A stretch of DNA of 64,000 bases from Macrostomum lignano (lineage: Eukaryota): assembly GCA_002269645.1 (NCBI GenBank), contig NIVC01001247.1:300944-364943 (forward strand), in the 5' to 3' direction. Within the stretch, counting starts at the first letter, position 1; every line of letters begins with the position of its first letter. Position numbers and translations under genes: made by a program. Positions 60,771-64,000 of the stretch are shown piece by piece. The notes beneath the pieces were generated by a model that saw nothing but the letters and a program-made list of their open reading frames with translations, was not told the origin of the DNA and did not search any database.

Positions 60771-60867
60771 TATCAGCCAGTTATCCAAGCTTGATCAATC
60801 GGACACCATGTTTTGAACATGTTTTGCCCCGCAGCATTTTCATTGAAATTTTGCCTTTGAAGAAGTC

Positions 60868-62175
60868 ATGGCAGAACTCAGTGTGCAGCTACAAGATCTT
60901 ATTGTCCAACAGCATGATGAAAGTTATGGACACTATGAAATTGCCCGAGATTTGGGAATTTCAGCATCCACCGTCAGCAGGACGCTTCAACGACTACAAC
61001 AGACTGGCAGCACCAACAGCCAGCCTTGTTCTGGTCATCCTCGCGCAACGACGAGATGTGAAGACTATTAAATCCAACTGTTGGCAATTAGAGACAAGCA
61101 AAAAACAGCCAGGAGATCACAGTAGAGATTCCCTTGCCCCAAATCTTGGTGTAGACAGTCTGCAACTGACTGCTGGAGACTGGGCTGGCCAGCTGCTACA
61201 CATTGAAAAAGCCACTTATATCTGAGCGCAACTGTTGCATTTATCAGCAATGGGCCATGAGCACGTGCAGGACACTGAGGAGCAGTGGCATCTTGTGCTC
61301 TTCTTTGACAAGAGCAAAGTGAACCACCTGTGCTGCGACAGATGTCAGCAACTTTGCTAGCACACAAGAGAGTGCCTGCAGCCCTTTGCTCTGAACCAAA
61401 CTGCAACTGAGGTGGAGACTCCATAATTATTTGGGGCTGCATGAGCACTGCTGGCATTGGACCAATTGTCTGCTTCGACAATGCTGTCAATAGTATGCAT
61501 TATCATGAGCTGCTATTACAAGTGATGCTGCCATATGTGCAGTAGCATTTATTGGCTAATATTATCTTCTAGCAAGGCAATGCCTCTTGCCATACAGCAT
61601 AAATTATAAAGCAGCTGTTGCAGGAGAGGTGAATTTATGTGCTACATTGACCTGCACAGTCACCCAACCTTTTACCAATAGAAAATTTGTGGCAAGTCAT
61701 AAAGGTGCACATTGCCAAGTACTACCCATACTTCCTGGACACCCTGTGGCAAGCAGTACAGCAAGAGTGAGAGAGCATCAGCCCTAACCTTTGCTCTTGG
61801 CAAATGGAGTCCATGATAAAGTGCTGCACAGAGTTCTATGGTTGGGGCCATCCAAAAAAGTATTAATATTGATGATAGGTGCTATTATAATACAAAATAA
61901 ATTTCATATTGAGTGACTTGCTCTAGTCTACTAGCCTTTAATTGATAGAAATTGTAGTGATGCCAGGCTTTTTTCCTAGTAAAGTCACAACTTGACACAA
62001 TGGATTTATTATGATGCACTGAAAAATAAGTTTTAGAAAATTTCACAAAGTATGAAGCATGAGTAAACAATTAGTAGAAACTGCAATAAGAGTTTCAATT
62101 TTGCTAGTAAAGTGACAGAGGCATGAGATAATTTCCAATTTTGTGCACAATATTGTTAGACTTTTTGCAGCAACT
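60868..62175 (+). pseudogene. Decayed Tc1/mariner element
   Basis: HTH segment EIARDLGISASTVSRTLQRLQQTGSTNSQPCSGHPRATT, then degenerate IIIWGCMSTAGIG, F*QGNA..H and PIENLWQVIK. Possible right end GACTTTTTGCAGCAACTA|TA near 62175; no left TIR found. Confidence 0.75.
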
Positions 62176-63069
62176 ATATGGGCCAAAAATATTCCATAGG
62201 CCTATCAAATATATTATAGTTAATAGGCATAGGCGTAGGACATAGGTCTACTTGAATTTAAATCTATTTAGTCTATATACATACGCAATATCAAGCCAAC
62301 CTGGCTGATCTAACTAGCTAGCAAGAGGCCAACCAAGGTAAGTCACAAAAATTCCTACCTAAAAAATATAGGCCTAGACAATCTTGCTATTAGAGATGGT
62401 AAACTAGTAAACTAATTAAGATTAGATAATAAACTAATTAAATGATAAAGCATTTTTAGACTTCATAATATAATCATAGTTACTCTTATTATTTACCTAC
62501 AATTGTATTGCTTTTTGCTTTAGGCCTATGTTTTCTTTCACAGACACAGGTAAGCCTAAGTGTAAGTTGCATGTTTAGTAAAAAAAGTAAGACATAAAGC
62601 ATAGTGCATAGGCCTAGCTAGTATAAATCAAGGCAGTAGTAGATCTAGTTTCTTTTTGGGGAGGGCAGTCAAAGTTTAGAGCACCAACATTCATATTGCG
62701 AAAGGTGTAGTATGGCTTTAGCATTTGGCTTATGACAAATGCTTTAGCTGGCATACATCTGGCCTACAAATGCTTTAGCTAATGTACATATGGCATACAG
62801 GGAGGAAATACAACTTTCTGACACAATCATCGGCGTACAATTCTTAACTATACATTTTCAAGCTTGTTGCGCAATGAACAAAAGCATTGAATTGTGTCAT
62901 AATTGCGTAAATTATGCTAAACAATCATTCCCTATAATAAGGTTAATTTTAAATTTATGATAATAAAATAGTTTTTAAATAATATCTATAGTTATTTTTT
63001 ATAAATTTTGTCGCGTCGTTTAATTAAGAGTTCAACTGAGCAACACAATGATTTGGTATTGTAAATAAA

Positions 63070-63273
63070 TGATGTCTCAGTTTTGATATATTAATCATAA
63101 ACGATGCTAACACAAATGAAGCTCAATATATAATTATTAACGCATTGGGGTGGCGGGGCGCACGGGGTACGAAATCGGGGTGGTGGGTACACTGGATGTA
63201 CAGTCAATATTTCAATAGTCAATCAGCTAGTCACTTAGTCATAAGTACAGCGGTAGAATCCAGCGCTGCCTCA
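63070..63273 (-). mobile_element. Putative short 3' LTR (204 bp)
   Basis: On the minus strand it begins TGAGG immediately after the polypurine tract AAGGGGGAGA (63283-63274). The far end ACATCA at 63070 is tentative. Confidence 0.55.
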
Positions 63274-63283
63274 TCTCCCCCTT

Positions 63284-64000
63284 CAAAACGGATAGGGGGC
63301 ATGCCTCGAGTTGACCGAGCTGGGTAGCGACGTACTGCTGTTTGACTTGGGCCTTGTTCGGATTCGGTGGGCGGGTCCCGACTGAGTTCGCAGGCGGGTC
63401 CTGACGAGTTCGCCAGGCGGGTCCTGACTGAGTTCGCCAGGCGGGTCCTGACCGAGTTCGCCAGGCGGGTCCTGACGAGTTCGCCAGGCGGCTCCTGACC
63501 GACTTCGCCTGGCAGATCCTGACCGAGTTCGATAGGTAGGCTCCGGCCGAATCGGTTTGGCTGGACCTGGTCTTCTACAACGCGTCTCAGCTGATCGCAT
63601 GCGCCAGGGCGATGCGACCGCCTTGACGAGCGATTAGGGTGGTGTTGGTTCCCTTCTGCACGACGAACTCAGCTTGCTCCTGACGCTGCTGATCACCAGG
63701 CGTGTACCACAGGCTCGCTCCGATTGGTGTGCGCATGGTTATCGGGTTGCGTAGTTTTCGACCCATGAGCTGTGACGGGCTGCTGCGCGCCCAGCATGCG
63801 GCACACACCTGTAGTTAGGAGTACCCTGGACAGGAACGACTCGTAGCTTTCGGACTGGTCCACGCCGCAGATGCTCTCTGATAGACTGGACCATCCGCTC
63901 GGCCAAGCCGTTAGACTGAGGGTGTCGCGGGGGAGTCTTGATGGCGCGGCAGCCGATTCTTTCCAGCCAGGCGATCAGATTGGCGTCGTGGAACTCGGCG
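63284..64000 (-). pseudogene. 3' end of a gypsy-like pol (integrase), frameshifted
   Basis: KTPPRHPQSNGLAERMVQSI, NYRCVPH and SPSQLMGRKLRNP. A QDPPGEL repeat tail and a terminal RSTRGMPPIRF come just before the PPT. Confidence 0.85.

Overview
Eukaryotic (animal-type, spliceosomal-intron) DNA, not prokaryotic. GC-rich exons with introns filled by minisatellites suggest a repeat-rich invertebrate such as a macrostomid flatworm (inference only). Left to right: (1) a compact, virus-like block with back-to-back TATA promoters, a tandem-PC4-like ORF and modular palindromic repeats (1-2530); (2) minisatellites; (3) a CACTA/EnSpm-type element with an intact 649-aa transposase head-to-head with a 5-exon DUF4806-like gene, plus a hAT-type MITE with an 8-bp TSD; (4) a 5.3-kb satellite of ~185-bp monomers in two alternating types, starting at a fold-back junction; (5) three paralogous, unrecognised TPR-like genes built from five copies of one ~430-520-aa module, two with a shared unknown C-terminal domain (22.7-34.5 kb; the best candidate for an undescribed system); (6) an MS4A/CD20-like tetraspan gene; (7) a GT-A glycosyltransferase-like gene; (8) two tandem cyclophilins with a gene-conversion signature; (9) decayed hAT, Tc1 and gypsy elements. 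Four genes each carry one single-base lesion (pseudogenisation or assembly error). All family calls come from motifs read by eye; no database search was run.
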